Shown: in pieces, positions 48,932 through 61,628 of the stretch
Layout of the letters: the number at the start of each line of letters is the position of its first letter
Numbering within the stretch: the stretch's first letter is position 1
From: Gonapodya sp. JEL0774
Taxonomy: Eukaryota
DNA: 64,000 bases
Assembly: GCA_027604505.1 (NCBI GenBank)
Contig: JADIIX010000060.1
Location: 62,001 to 126,000 of the forward strand
Direction: 5' to 3'
Notes under the pieces: model-generated
Told to the model about the DNA's origin: nothing
Database searches by the model: none
What the model saw: the letters and a program-made list of their open reading frames with translations, nothing else
Program-made: the position numbers and the translations under genes

Positions 48932-49339
48932 TGCAGGATGTGACTGGAGTGTGGAACAGTGATGGTATGTCGAATGTAGGGAGGACAGAAGGTGAACTTC
49001 AGAGCTTCCCTCGCAACGTCCGCTTCGGTGGCGCACTCACAAGCTCAAGGGAGCGAATCGATTAGGAATCTCGCGAAATGTTTCAACAAAAACGGCCGAC
49101 GGGGTGAAAAAAAATCAGGCGGGCTGGGGTCGGCCACGTTTGCACGGAACCTGATTGGCTCTGCTTCCGATCGGCAGAACTGGCTGTTTGACTGCTGCGA
49201 CTGGGCTGGCGACATGAATCCCCCTGCACTGAACATTTCATCGGAAGAGAGATGAGTGTGGGCTGTGGAGGGACGGGGCTGGCGAGGGTTTGTTCCGTCA
49301 GCAAAAATGGCTCAACGTGGACCCTGAATATGTTCACCC

Positions 49340-50400
49340 TGAAACCTGCCTCACTGTACCATGTATCATCCTGCGCCCAACCCGGCAGATGGCCCAACTT
49401 CTCACGCAAACCATCAGGCAACCGACCAACTTCAAACTCCCAAACCCTCCAATCCAACACATCCCCCTCACGACCCTCAAGAACCAGCCGCTCCCACGCC
49501 TCTTCCACCTTCCTCTCCCACACCAATGTCCGCGGACATCCCCCACCAACCCCACCAAACTCTACGTACCCTTGTTACCAACTCATTGCGGGGACGCACC
49601 AAGGGACCAGCGCCGCGTCCAGCAGTGTAAGGCTGTGCCACCGAATTCATGAATCATGGCGTTGGGCCGAGAAGCTGGTGGCGCCGCGGCGGCTTGCGGA
49701 GCCGAAGCCGTCTGCGCAGGAGGAGGGATGAGAGGCGTGGGGCACGTGCACCTGAAGTGCTGTGGGTTGTTACGGTGCGTGTGTGCACACGTACAGGCGC
49801 AAGCAGCCCTGGTGCAGAGACCGTTCTGACACTCAAGGCAGCACTGACGCCAGCTTCGTAGGCGAGGAGAATGTTCTCGTACGGCTACACCGCCGACCAT
49901 AGACCCATGGAAGTGAGCCAACTGGAAAAGAGACGGCGCAGTGCTTGAGATATGAAAGGGAATCCACCACTTTTCCCGCCAAGAAAGACTCCATGCGTAC
50001 GCATCCAGCAAAGTAGTCCCTGCATTGAAGTCCTTACGAAGGACGGCTGCCGCAGGCCCTCACCAGAGATCCGGTGCCCCGAGCCTCGTCCGTGCAAACA
50101 CGAAGGGAACCGGGGAGTACTCCAGGTTGTTGGACGCCCCATGCTGCGAGCCCGAGGGGACATGGAGCGGAATGAAACGGCTGAGGTGGGGAGATCGAAG
50201 GGCCCAGCACTCACCAACGTGCTCTGGCAACCCTGACAGATCAACCCTGGAGGAGCTTGCGACTGCATTTAGATGGGAGCGCGCAGTCCCCGTGGAGATG
50301 GTCTTTGCAGTAGATTGCGTGGTGGGAACAAAGGGGTCGGTGAGTGCAAGGGGTGCCAAGGGCGGCGGGTCGGAGGGCATGAAGAACCCAGCATTGGGCA
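49340..50400 (-). pseudogene. Possible degenerate spliced gene of unknown family
   Basis: Several canonical minus-strand donors (GTGAGT, GTGAGG, GTACGT) and protein-like stretches (WERKVEEAWERLVLEGREGDVLDWRVWEF), but no consistent open frame or recognisable domain. Confidence 0.25.
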
Positions 50401-51813
50401 ACTAAAGCCGCGCAGTTGTTGGCAAAGGGGCTGAGGAGGGAGCGGTTGGGGGGTCAGATCGGGCGAGGAAGGTGTGAAGACAGGAGCGCATTCTGGGACT
50501 TTGCTTCACATTTAAGATCGGCGCGCTGCTGGTCAATATCGATCTGCTAAGCAGCCACCTGAGCAGCTAAAGAGTCCAAGGAGAGAGTGGAGTCCTCGAC
50601 GAAGCTGGTGTAAGAACCGGCTGATTCGTTGCCCACTACGCCTAGGGCGACCACCACTTTGGAGGCAGAGACATTGGGATCGGCGGAAGATCCTGCCCCG
50701 CCGGACTGATCAGGTGCTGCCAGGACCTTGTACCCTCTACTGACCCTGGGTTAGCTCGGTTTTTGCGCCTTTGGAGGCACCTTGGGCGGCATCGGGCTGG
50801 AGAAAGGGGGACAACCTGTGAACCAACGATGATTCCCCCACTGTGGCGACCACGTCAGATCCGCGCTGCAACGAGAGAGTGGTGCGGGGTAGGGGAATAG
50901 AGGGGCGGGGCGAGGAGGAGGTGACTGCCGCGCAGGGCACATGAGCCGGGCAAAAACCCATACAAGTTTTCGCACCCGGAAATTCCCACCGAGTGGACAC
51001 GGTGTCATTATCGGGCGTTGGGGGACGAACGACTTGTAAGGGACAAGTCAAGGATTTCTTCGAAAATGCAAAGATGATGTGATGCCCTTCTCATTTTTTT
51101 GTAATGCTTGAAAACACTATATTTCTCCATTTCTGTAATTTTTCATAAATCATAATACACATCTCTTTGAGCTGCTGCTGGGGCCACAACAACGGTGAAG
51201 CTCTTGGTGATTGGCGGTTTCGGGTGGACACGTGACATTGACAAAAGTCCGTTTTCAATGGTGTCATGCACGATGAGAACTCTAGTATGTCTGCAAATTT
51301 GGTTGCCCCTCTTCGTTTCGGGCCATTCTTCCACTCCTAAGGTACTATTTTGATCTCTTTTAAGCAAGGAGAAGCGTTCCATTGCGGCGTGATTGTCAAG
51401 ATCGTGACGGGGCATTTCTTGGTGTTGCGTTCCCACTTCCCCGGATGGCGCCGATCTGGCCCGCGGTGCCCCTGCCTGCGACTGCGACTGCGACTTGATG
51501 TCGAGGGAGAATAAAAAATCATTTGAGGCGAAGTTCGGTGTGTGAGTCTCTTATTTGGGCGAGTGCAGGGTGCATGTGGGGGGGCTGGTCGAGGGGTGGG
51601 GGAGCAGCACCCAAGCACAACCAACCATCCATCGTTCATCCAGCACCAACTTGGTTGATTGTTGGGAAAGCGAGTTGGCAGACAGGAAAAAAGGCAGCGG
51701 ACTTGAAGACTCGACCGGGACTGGGACCGGGACTCGTTTGAACAGCAGCAGCACTCGCACTCCTCGCACTCCCCTCGCATCCCACTGACCGCACTCATCC
51801 CACTCACATCAAC

Positions 51814-53289
51814 ATGCCTCCCAAAGTCAGTGAGGCTGTTGTCTTCCTTCCTTCTCTCTCTCTCTGCTGCTGCTGACTCTGCCACTCTCCCTACTCTCGC
51901 CTCCCCTCCCTCCCTCTGCCCCTCTCTCCCCTAGTTCGACCCATCAGAAGTCAAGATCGGTCTGTACCTCTCTCCCTCTCCCCTCTCCCCTCATACCCCT
52001 CTTATACCCTCTCACCCTCCCTCCCTCCTCCCTCTTACCCCTCCTCACACCCCTCTCTCTTGCCCCCACTCTCCCTCCCCACAGTCATCCTCAGGACCAC
52101 TGGCGGCGAAGTCGGCGGTGCCTCGGCCCTCGCTCCAAAACTCGGCCCTCTTGGTCTTGTACGTACTCTCTCTCTCTCTCTCTCTCCCTCCCTCCACCCC
52201 CTCTCATGCCTCCTTGTCACCCCCACCCCTTCTCCCCTCCCCCATCTCCCCCCTCTCCCCCCCTCTCTCAGGCACCCAAAAAAGTCGGTGAAGACATCGC
52301 CAAGGCCACTCAATCCTGGAAGGGCCTCAAGGTGACCGTCAAGCTTACCGTCCAGAACAGGCAGGCAACCATCGAGGTCGTCCCCGCAGCCGCCTCCTTG
52401 GTCATTCAGGCTCTCAAGGAGCCTCCTCGTGATAAGAAGAAGGAGAAGAACAGTGAGTACCCCGACCCAGCGAGCGTCAGCGAGCTGGTCTCCCGACCGA
52501 AGGGAGGTAGTCCGCCGGAGGCGAATTCTCCCGACCGAAGGGAGGCAGTCCGCCGGAGGCGAATTCTCCAGCCATATGCACTAGTTGACCCACTCTCTGC
52601 CCCCCCCTGACCCCATTCACCCCCTTCACACCCTTGACCCCTAACCCCCCAGTCAAGCACACCGGCAACATCCCCCTCGACACCATTGTCGACATCGCGC
52701 GCAAAATGCACCACAAGTCCTTGTCCAAGGACCTCCGCGGCACCGTCAAGCAGATTTTGGGAACCGCAAACTCGGTCGGATGTACCGTCGACGGCAAGAG
52801 CCCCAGGGAGATTCAGCAGGGGATCGATGATGGTAGTGTGGTTGTGCCGGTGGGTACTATCGAGGGCGAGCGTCAGCGAGCTGCTTTCCCGACCGAAGGG
52901 AGGCAGTCCGCCGGAGGCGAATTACCCCCGCGCCGAAGGCGAATTGACCAGCGCCGAAGGCGAATGACAATCCTCCAGAGAGCAATCGCCGGTCGGGGAG
53001 AGTGGTAGCGGGCTTGCCCGCCGAGAGACACTCGTGCGGGCCCCCCACTGGCCCCGACGTGCTTGTGCTTTTTGTTTGTTGTCGTGCTCGCGCTCGGTCC
53101 CTATGTCACCACTCACCCACGACGCGTTTTTCGTCTCCTCCCCCTCCCTCCCCACCCCCACCCCATGACCCATCCTCTCGCCTCTTGCCTCGCGACCCGC
53201 CCCGCGTGCGCCCTTGTTCCTCACCTCGTTCCACCGCATCGTCGTCCCCCTCGTACCCTTGTGTTCACAATCATTCACAGGAGAAATAA
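51814..53289 (+). CDS. RPL12: 60S ribosomal protein L12 (uL11)
   Basis: [86 protein letters not shown]. Confidence 0.97.
52467..52570. repeat. Short-hairpin cassette, copy 1 (RPL12 intron 4)
   Basis: GCGAGCGTCAGCGAGC followed by two 38-bp units containing CCGACCGAAGGGAGG and CGCCGGAGGCG-AATT. Confidence 0.9.
52866..52965. repeat. Short-hairpin cassette, copy 2 (RPL12 intron 5)
   Basis: GCGAGCGTCAGCGAGC, CCGACCGAAGGGAGG, CGCCGGAGGCG, then two copies of CGCCGAAGGCG-AAT. Confidence 0.9.
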
Positions 53290-55981
53290 ACGGCGTGTGT
53301 GTGCGTGGGTGTGCGGGCGGGGAGGGCGCGGGAGTAGAGGGCACGGTCTACCGGGGTGGTCGGGTGTTGGCAAGCACCCGCGTGGTTGTGGTGGAGGCCG
53401 GTTCGACGGAGTTATTTCCCATAGCAAAATGTACATTCACTTTTGGAGAGGGGCGGGGGGGGGGCGGGACGGAGGCGGGGGCCGGGGCGGGGGGCGGCGT
53501 GTGGACGAGTGTGAGGACCGGGACTGTGTGGCCCGGTACCTGGACTTTCATGCCACCCCGGCGCTTGGACCTGGAACTGTGTTTTTTTCGCTGCGGGCGG
53601 GTGTTGGGCGTGTGTGTGGGTGGGGTTGCGGGACCTGTGGTGGTGGGCCGAGTGGGCGTGGGCGTGGGCGGTGGGACTCCCTTCTCCCCTCTACCCCCCC
53701 TCAAAGCACGACCCCCGTGGTGCGTTTGTTCTTTTATTTTAGAGTAGTTTCGAGCTCGGGCTCGGTGTGCCGTAGCCGTAGCCGTAGCCGGCGCCCATGG
53801 AGTGTTTTTGTAACCCTGCCCTGACGCACGTCACCGCACCGTGGTGGTGGAAAATATGGACCCGGGAACGGGGGATTTGCACTTAACGACGATGTGGAGA
53901 AAAAATGACGGGTGTGCGGCCGGGTTTGGGCGTTGTGCCCTGTGAGGTAGGGTTGAACTGGTTTTACCACACACGAGATGCCGGTCTCCTGCATCAATTC
54001 CCTCGCCCGCCGTCCCGCCTCCCGTCCCTCATTCTCCCCGCGACCTTGCGCTGCCGTGAGACAAACCAAAGCACGTGCGGGGGGCCCGGGCCCCAATAGA
54101 GAAGACCAGAAAACTGGAAAGGAAATGAGGAGCTGGTTTCGCGGTTGGGGAGCTGGGTTCTCCGATGCGCCGCACCGAGGCACCGGGCTGGTTCGTGAAT
54201 CGCGGGGGATGGGCATGGTATGGACAGCTATGCATGAGGGGTATGGACGGGACAGTGGCGGTCCGGATCGGTGGTGTGGAGTGGTCCGAGTGGAACGGGA
54301 CCGATGCGGTACAAGGGGTGATCCGGAACGCGGGGATTCCCCAGCTTCACCTGCGACCTGCGGGTGCGGCGCCCCATGTGAGCCCTGGACCGGATCTGGG
54401 GTTTGGCGCCACCACTCGCGCGTGATGGTGGTGTGGTGCAAGGGGGGAGGAGACAGGTCACGCCGGGCGGGGGCAAACCCCTCCGGCACCCACCGGCGAG
54501 GGCGGAGGTGGATGAATCGACGCACGAGTGGAGGTTTGACCGGCTGTGGAACCCGGTGGAATGAAACGTGCCGGTAAGTGACGGGTCGGGATTGGACGCT
54601 GGGACGGACACGGACACGACAAGGAGGGGCAACACCGAGACGCGAGGAAACGGAACCGGGAGACGAGTGCGGGGGATGATCCGATGGGGGACGGGGATGG
54701 GGATGGGACACGGGAGCGGCACACAGCACACTACGGGGGTGCGAGTGAGGGCGGGGGCGGGTGGGGGGAGGTGAGCCCGTTGAGCCCGTTGAGCCCGTCA
54801 GTGGGCGAGTCGTGATGGGTGGCCGGGGAACAAATGGGGGCGCCTCCGGGGGTTCTGGTGGCAGTCTTGCGTCTCTTGGCTCTGCAAGCATCGGCGGCGG
54901 TGAGACTGGCGGTATGATGGTCGTAGGTCTCGTAAGCGTGGCGGGATGAGCGGGGGAAGGCGGCCGGGTAAGGCGCAGCGGGGGTCGGTACGTGGTGGGG
55001 TGGGAGGAACGGGGTGTGGGGGTGCGGGTGCGGGGTTTCGTTTCGAACGCTGGAGGTAACCAACCCCTGGTGACAAGGCCTGGAGCTTGGAGAAGGAAAT
55101 CTCACCATGGGGACGGGGACGATGATGAACCATGGAACTGAGATGCTGGTTTATGAGAGATGCGGGCACACCACACCCAGGACCGTGGACACCGGAACAC
55201 CGAGCAATTGCACTGCTACTATCATTGGCGAATGTACACAATCTGTCGGACATTGCGGTCATCTTCGTCCACGTGACAGGGTTGAGGGGTGTGTTCGCTT
55301 TGTGCGAGGTGTGTCATGAGCCAGTGGTCGAAGCAAATACTTTGGCACGAACATGACGCTCAGGAAACCTGCAGCCGTATTCGCCAACCGTCCGCCCACT
55401 TGGAGTATGGAGTTCATATCGGTACTTGATTGGAAGAATGCCTTCGCCTGAAAGCCTGTTTGGCCTGATTATGAGTTGAGCTGGAACGGAAGCTGGCATC
55501 GAATTTTTTGCAATTGTTTCGTGAGGTGTGCTACTATGTGTATTTTATAGTTCTGTACGCAGCTTGGACGTTACGAGCATCGTCCACCGAAGAAAGTGAC
55601 GGGAAAATTCCTAGAGTAACGTACAGACGCAATCCTGCTAGAAATACCTGCGACACTGCTGTATTTGCCATACCTGTGAAAGCAAAGGAAATGCTATTCA
55701 GCGTGGAGGCTCGTGCCTTTACCCCACCCACCTTCCCAATTGGTTTGGAGAGCCAGTTCCGCTTTACAACCCAGCACCAGGCAAAGCCGCGAACACGCTG
55801 GCGATCTTCCCCTTTCCAACGCTCAGGCCTTGGACATCTGTCTTAGATCGCCCCCGAGCGTGCTGACCGCGCCAGTCCCAGGAAACCCAGCGCCGCGTGT
55901 CCCCGTCTTTCTTCGCCTCTCCTTGTCCCTCCAACCTCGTTCCACCGCCCGCCTCGCCTGGCTCTTTCCCTAGCGAACCAC

Positions 55982-58900
55982 ATGCTGAGCTCTGCTTCGT
56001 CTTCTGTCATGTCTGCATCCACAGCGAACGGAATGGAGGGCGTCCTCGACTTTTCGCGGGAGTTGGACATTTCACTTCTCGACAGTGTCGTGGGGACGCT
56101 CTATGGACCACCAGGACCAAACGTGAGTGTATTTTCGGGACAAGTGGATCGGTGGATTGTGACTCGAGGGGGGGGGGAGGGACGGGACGTCTGGGGGGGA
56201 GCGATGAAGTGTACACTGGTGCCAAAACAGTTGCGACGGGCGTTTTTTCAAGCTGGATGCCCTGCATTCGACGATCGCATCTCTGCTATCCTGCATCTGT
56301 TTGAGTTTCGACTCACCGAGAGGTCGCGCGGTGGGGACCTCGTGAAGTGATGACATGGTTGGAACAGGGTTCGGGAACCGGGGTGACGACCGATGGGGAT
56401 AACCCGGGAACAAGGACGACAATCTGTATCATGCTCATGAGAGGCAGGATTTCACTGCTTGTGAGGGAGTAGTGCTTGCGGCTCGAGTGATTCGGGATAT
56501 CCTGAACAAAGTGCCAACAGGAGGATGAGACGACCATCGCAATCTCGGCACCAAAGTATCTCGTGAACCGGCATTTTGGACTGTCTATGGCGACTTTAGC
56601 AGGGTGGAGTGTCCATGTGGATTCTCTCTAACCACCCCATCCCCCTCTACTTCCTCCGGTCGGATGTATTCTCTCTGCTCCTCTCATCTTCTTTCGCCTA
56701 CTCATCCCTCATTGTACGATTACACCGCGCCCATTTCCTCCCGTTATCACGTTTTCTGGGTCCGCTCCCGCCTGTGCGCACATAGCAACAAATCGCGTCC
56801 AAAATTTTGACGGAGTTCCAAAGCCACCCGGACTCATGGCAGCGAGTGGATGGGATATTGGAAAGATCCGGGAATACGATGACCAAGGTGAGGAGAACTG
56901 ATGGGGCTGGGAATGTTTCCGTTCAACGACGTTTGGGAACGGCAGCGAGAGTAGGACGGGTGAAGAGAATCCAGTGAGCCTGGGATTAGTAGAAGAAGAC
57001 AATCGCTGTTATCAAGTTCGATTTACATGGGTCCTTCTTCAAGACCGGGGGGGGAGGGATCCCATATCTCTGTCGATGACAGCCGAATGTCTATCTGAAT
57101 ATGGGAGATTGTGACGGGCACTGATAATCACCTTGCCCTGTCAGTTTCTTGCCCTCTCTATCCTTGAAAACCTTGTCAAAACACGATGGAAGATTCTCCC
57201 TGTAGACCAACAGCAGGGTGAGTTATTCTGTGCGAGACGAGGTGCAGATTCGTGACTCACTGCATGGGACATTGCGGCCCCATAACCTAGGCATCAAAAA
57301 CTTCGTCGTATCCATCATCATCAAAACTTCGGGGGAAGAGATTAATTTGACGAAGGAGCGCACATACTTGGCGAAGCTCAACATGGTGTTGGTGCAGGTG
57401 AACAAATTGCTTCGAAATGACGGGTATCCATGTGTCATATTGACCTATTGTCGCCATGCACTCGCCGGCGTAATCTCCATTCAGATTCTGAAACAGGAAT
57501 GGCCAGCAAAGTGGCCTAGTTTCATCCCTGAAATCGTCGCCTCCAGCAAACAGAACGCATCGCTCTGCGAGAACAACATGGCGATTCTAAAATTGCTCAG
57601 GTAAGTGGAGATTTTGTACGCCGTCGGTGCAGATGTCAATGATGTTGAGCGCTTTGTGTACAGCGAGGAGGTTTTTGACTTCTCCGCAGAGCAAATGACC
57701 CAATCTAAGACGAAAACGCTGAAGCAACAGATGTGCAACGAATTTGCGGAAGTGTTTTCGTTGTGTCGGGACGTTTTGGAAACGGCAACGAAGGTGTCAT
57801 TGGTACGAGCGACTTTGGAGACCTTACTTCGATTCCTCAGCTGGATTCCGCTCGGCTATATCTTTGAAACCAATATCATCCAAATTTTGAGGGATAGAGT
57901 GAGAACATTGTTAACATTGCCGTTTGAAGGTCGTAGAAATTGTATTCAATGTCTTCTACCCCACAGTTCCTCGAGGTCATCATCTTCCGAAACATTACCC
58001 TCAAGTGCCTGACTGAAATAGCTTCCCTCTCCGTACCTCCTGAATATACACCGAAAGTCGTGGAGCTGTACCACGCCGTGACTGCCAGCATTCAGAAGAT
58101 TATTCCTGCGGGAGCTGGTGAGGTGGAACAGGCACTCTGGGTGGACTTGTAAATTTTCTGGCTCTAATCTCTCTTCAATCAAAGAACTCGACGTCATCTA
58201 CGAATCAAGTGCTACAGATGATGATCAGCAATTCATTCAGAATGTTGCGCTTTTCTTCACCTCCGTTTTCCACCAACACCTTAAGGTGAGTTTTAGTATT
58301 CAATACATGAAATCGTGAGAGACGTTTGGAAACGCTTGAACTGTATTTCACGTGTGTGCTTAGCTCCTCGAGGCTAACGGCGATAGAGCCGCCCTCCTCA
58401 CCGGCCATGGGTACCTCCTTCGGATATCCAAGGTGAAGGAACGAGAGATTTTCAAAATTTGCCTTGTTTACTGGGCAAAACTTGTGAGTGCTTGGGGTTG
58501 CAGTACGCGCTTCTGCACGCGAAATTCGGTGATAACCTCCGCTCTCACTCAGTCGGAAGAACTCTTTAATGAAGCTCGAGCTGCGCCTTTCCATCCCTCC
58601 TCTATTCCACTTCTGAACCTCGCAACCTCTAATGGCTCAAATGGTGCGGGTCAATCACGGCTTCAAAATTATGCCGAACTCTTGCGGCATCTCCGTGCCG
58701 TCATGATCGAGCGCATGGTGAAACCCGAGGAAGTGTTGGTTGTAGAGAACGATGAAGGCGAAATTGTACGGGAGTTTGTTCGGGAGAGCGATACCGTGCA
58801 ATTGTACAAGGATATGAAGGAGGTCCTCGTATATCTGACCCACCTGGATATGGAAGATATGGAAACAATAATGATCGAGAAGTTGAACAGGCAGGTGAGA

Positions 58901-61262
58901 CGCAGATGATGAAAGTTCGAGATGTCATATGTGTGATATCTCACATTGGTTTTTGCTGTGCACAGGTTGACGGTTCGGAGTGGTCATGGGACAATCTGAA
59001 CAAGCTCTGTTGGGCGATTGGCTCGATCTCGGGTTGTATGCACGAGGAAATGGAGAAGCGGTTCCTTGTACAGGTCATAAAGGAACTTCTCGGGCTGACG
59101 GAAGCGAAGCGTGGCAAGGACAACAAGGCGGTGTGCGCTTCCAATATCATGTATGTGGTCGGCCAGTACCCACGCTTCCTCAAGCAGCATTGGAAGTTCT
59201 TGAAGACTGTCGTCAACAAGAACTTTGAGTTTATGCACGAGTCTCACGAGGGTACGTTGAGCTTGAAACTGCTGTTGTAGAAAAGTTGCCTCTGAAGATT
59301 CTTACAATACCGCTCACAGGGGTTCAAGACATGGCGTGTGATACATTCATGAAGATCGCCACAAAGTGCAAGCGCCAATTCATTATGCAACAGACAGGAG
59401 AAGTCCAGGCTTACATCGAGGACATTTTGACGCAGATTCCAGAGATTACGTCAGACTTGCAGCCGCACCAAGTGCATACATTCTATGAGGCTGTCGGTCA
59501 CATGATTTCTGCCGAAACGCGGAAGGCCGTCCAAGAGCGTTTAATCATTAAGTTGATGGAACTTCCGAACGTCGCCTGGGATACGCATATCGCACATATA
59601 TCACAAAAACGTGAAGTCCTGAACGAGCCTGAGGTAATTAAAATCTTGGGAAACATCTTGAAGACGAACGTGGCTGCATGCACATCTATTGGAGGAGCGT
59701 TTGTTGTTCAACTCGGCCGAATATACCTGGAGATGTTGGGACTGTACAAAGAGGCGAGTGAACTGATTTCTCAGCAAGTTGCGGCGCAAGGTGAGAGGGT
59801 CGGCAGTTCCTTCATGATAAGTTCGAGGTCGCTTCATTTTCCCGTTCATCGCAGGGCTCATTGCTGCGAAAACTCCACGCGTGCGCGGTTTCCGTACCAT
59901 CAAGAAGGAGGTTTTGAAGATGATCGAAACATACGTGATGAAGGCCGATGACCTCAATCAAGTCGCCACTAGTATGCTTCCACCCCTGTTGGAGGCTGTT
60001 CTTTTGGACTACAAGCATAATGTAGAGCCTGCAAGGGATGCCGAGGTTCTCAACGTTATGGCAGCGATTGTGTCTCGTCTGGACGTGGGTGCATGATTGT
60101 TACGTCCTCTCTTGCCAGACATAGATTGATCTGCTTTTAATGAATTTTTACTAGGTTCTGATTTTGGATCGTATTCCTGTCATTCTTGACGCTCTGTTTG
60201 AATGTACCCTAAGCATGATCAGCAAAGACTTCTCCGAATATCCCGAGCATCGCTCAGGATTCTTCAAACTGATCCGTGCCATTAATCAGTACTGTTTCCA
60301 AGGTTCGGTTCTATGGGCAATAACAAAATGTTTCTTGGTTGTTTTGGCTTCATCAAAATTCTGACTCTTTTCGTGTATTTGAACGAACGTACACGCAGCA
60401 CTCTGTGTACTTCCCGCACCGCAGTTCAAGCTCATCATGGACAGCATTGTATGGGCATTCAAACACACTATGCGAGACATCGCCGAAATCGGCCTTTCCA
60501 CAATGTCGGAAATTATCGACAACTTTGAGAGAGCCGATCGGTCGCTGTCCAATGCTTTCTTCCTAGCATACTTCGTCAGTGTGCTCAACGACATCTTTTT
60601 TGTTCTCACCGACACGGAGCACAAAGCTGGTTTGTATTCGACAGATTTCCTGGATGTCAGCATTCCATTCGAACTTATATGAAATGTATTTGATATTCGC
60701 AGGTTTCCGATTCCAAACACAGGTTCTTCAACAGCTTGTCCGTTTGATTGAATCAAACGCCATAGGTGCACCCCTCGCTTCGGGTGTGCCAGGATTCCCC
60801 AACCCAAACGCCTCGAATCAAGAATTCTTCCGCCAATACCTTGCCAACCTCCTCGCCACCGCGTTCCCTCACCTCCAACCAAACCAAATTCACGGTTTCA
60901 TCCACGGTATGGAAACCATGTATGCGGACCCGAATACTTTCAAGCTGCACGTTCGAGATTTCCTTATTCAGCTGAAGGTAGGCATGGATGCCATCCGGGC
61001 CGCTTTCGTTGGTAACCGCACAAATGCTGGGCTCCCGTACGATCTAGGAATTCTCAACTGCAGACAACGCAGATCTTTTCTTGGACGAAAAGGAGGCCGA
61101 GGCTGAAGCCAAAAAGAAGGCTGACTTTGAAGCGAAGTTGCTCATTCCGGGAATGCTGAAACCTTCAGAACGGTGAGATCGTAGCTCAGTATGGGACCCT
61201 GTCGTGTTTCTGAACCTTTCTTTGATCATTCTGGCAGGCCGGAGGATGGAATGATGGACTGA
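55982..61262 (+). CDS. XPO1: Exportin-1 (CRM1)
   Basis: [128 protein letters not shown]. The start may be 55982 or 56033. Confidence 0.97.
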
Positions 61263-61628
61263 TTGTGATTTACAGGTTTAGCTATCATGTTGTAGTAATT
61301 GGTCTAGAAATTGACCTGCGCACCATTTGACGAAATAGTTGGTCTTTCCCAAGTCGGAGAGATACGGTTCCAACAAGGATCTATTGGGTTTCTGCGTTAC
61401 TGGGATACAGGAGACTGATAGCCATGATGAACTTACGTGGAATGTCGCGCTCATATTACAATAATGTACCGAATGCCGTCCGACCTCCACCTCACAATGA
61501 TGGTCACAGGATCACCGGTTCTAACGATCGTCTCACACTCGTGCAACAGGTCAAGTATTGTCTATCGCCTGCCTCTCCAATACACAATGTCTAATTCACA
61601 TTCATTTATGTATGAATCGAAACCACCC

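Noticed and set aside
49140..49170. CCAAT box as a HapX/CBC iron-regulatory site upstream of the transporter
   Set aside because: CCAAT is present on the minus strand, but the bipartite CSAAT-N12-RWT pattern is not matched and no clear SreA-type GATAA site was seen.
52493..52570. 38-bp repeats as a CRISPR array
   Set aside because: There are no unique spacers, only two tandem units, the location is a eukaryotic intron, and no cas genes are present.
53300..55500. Many long overlapping ORFs (for example 53734-54891 minus, 53978-54577 plus)
   Set aside because: GC-rich low-complexity sequence with few stops and no recognisable domain. Some minus-strand splice-like sites near 55050-55140 hint at a small gene, but I cannot build a supported model.
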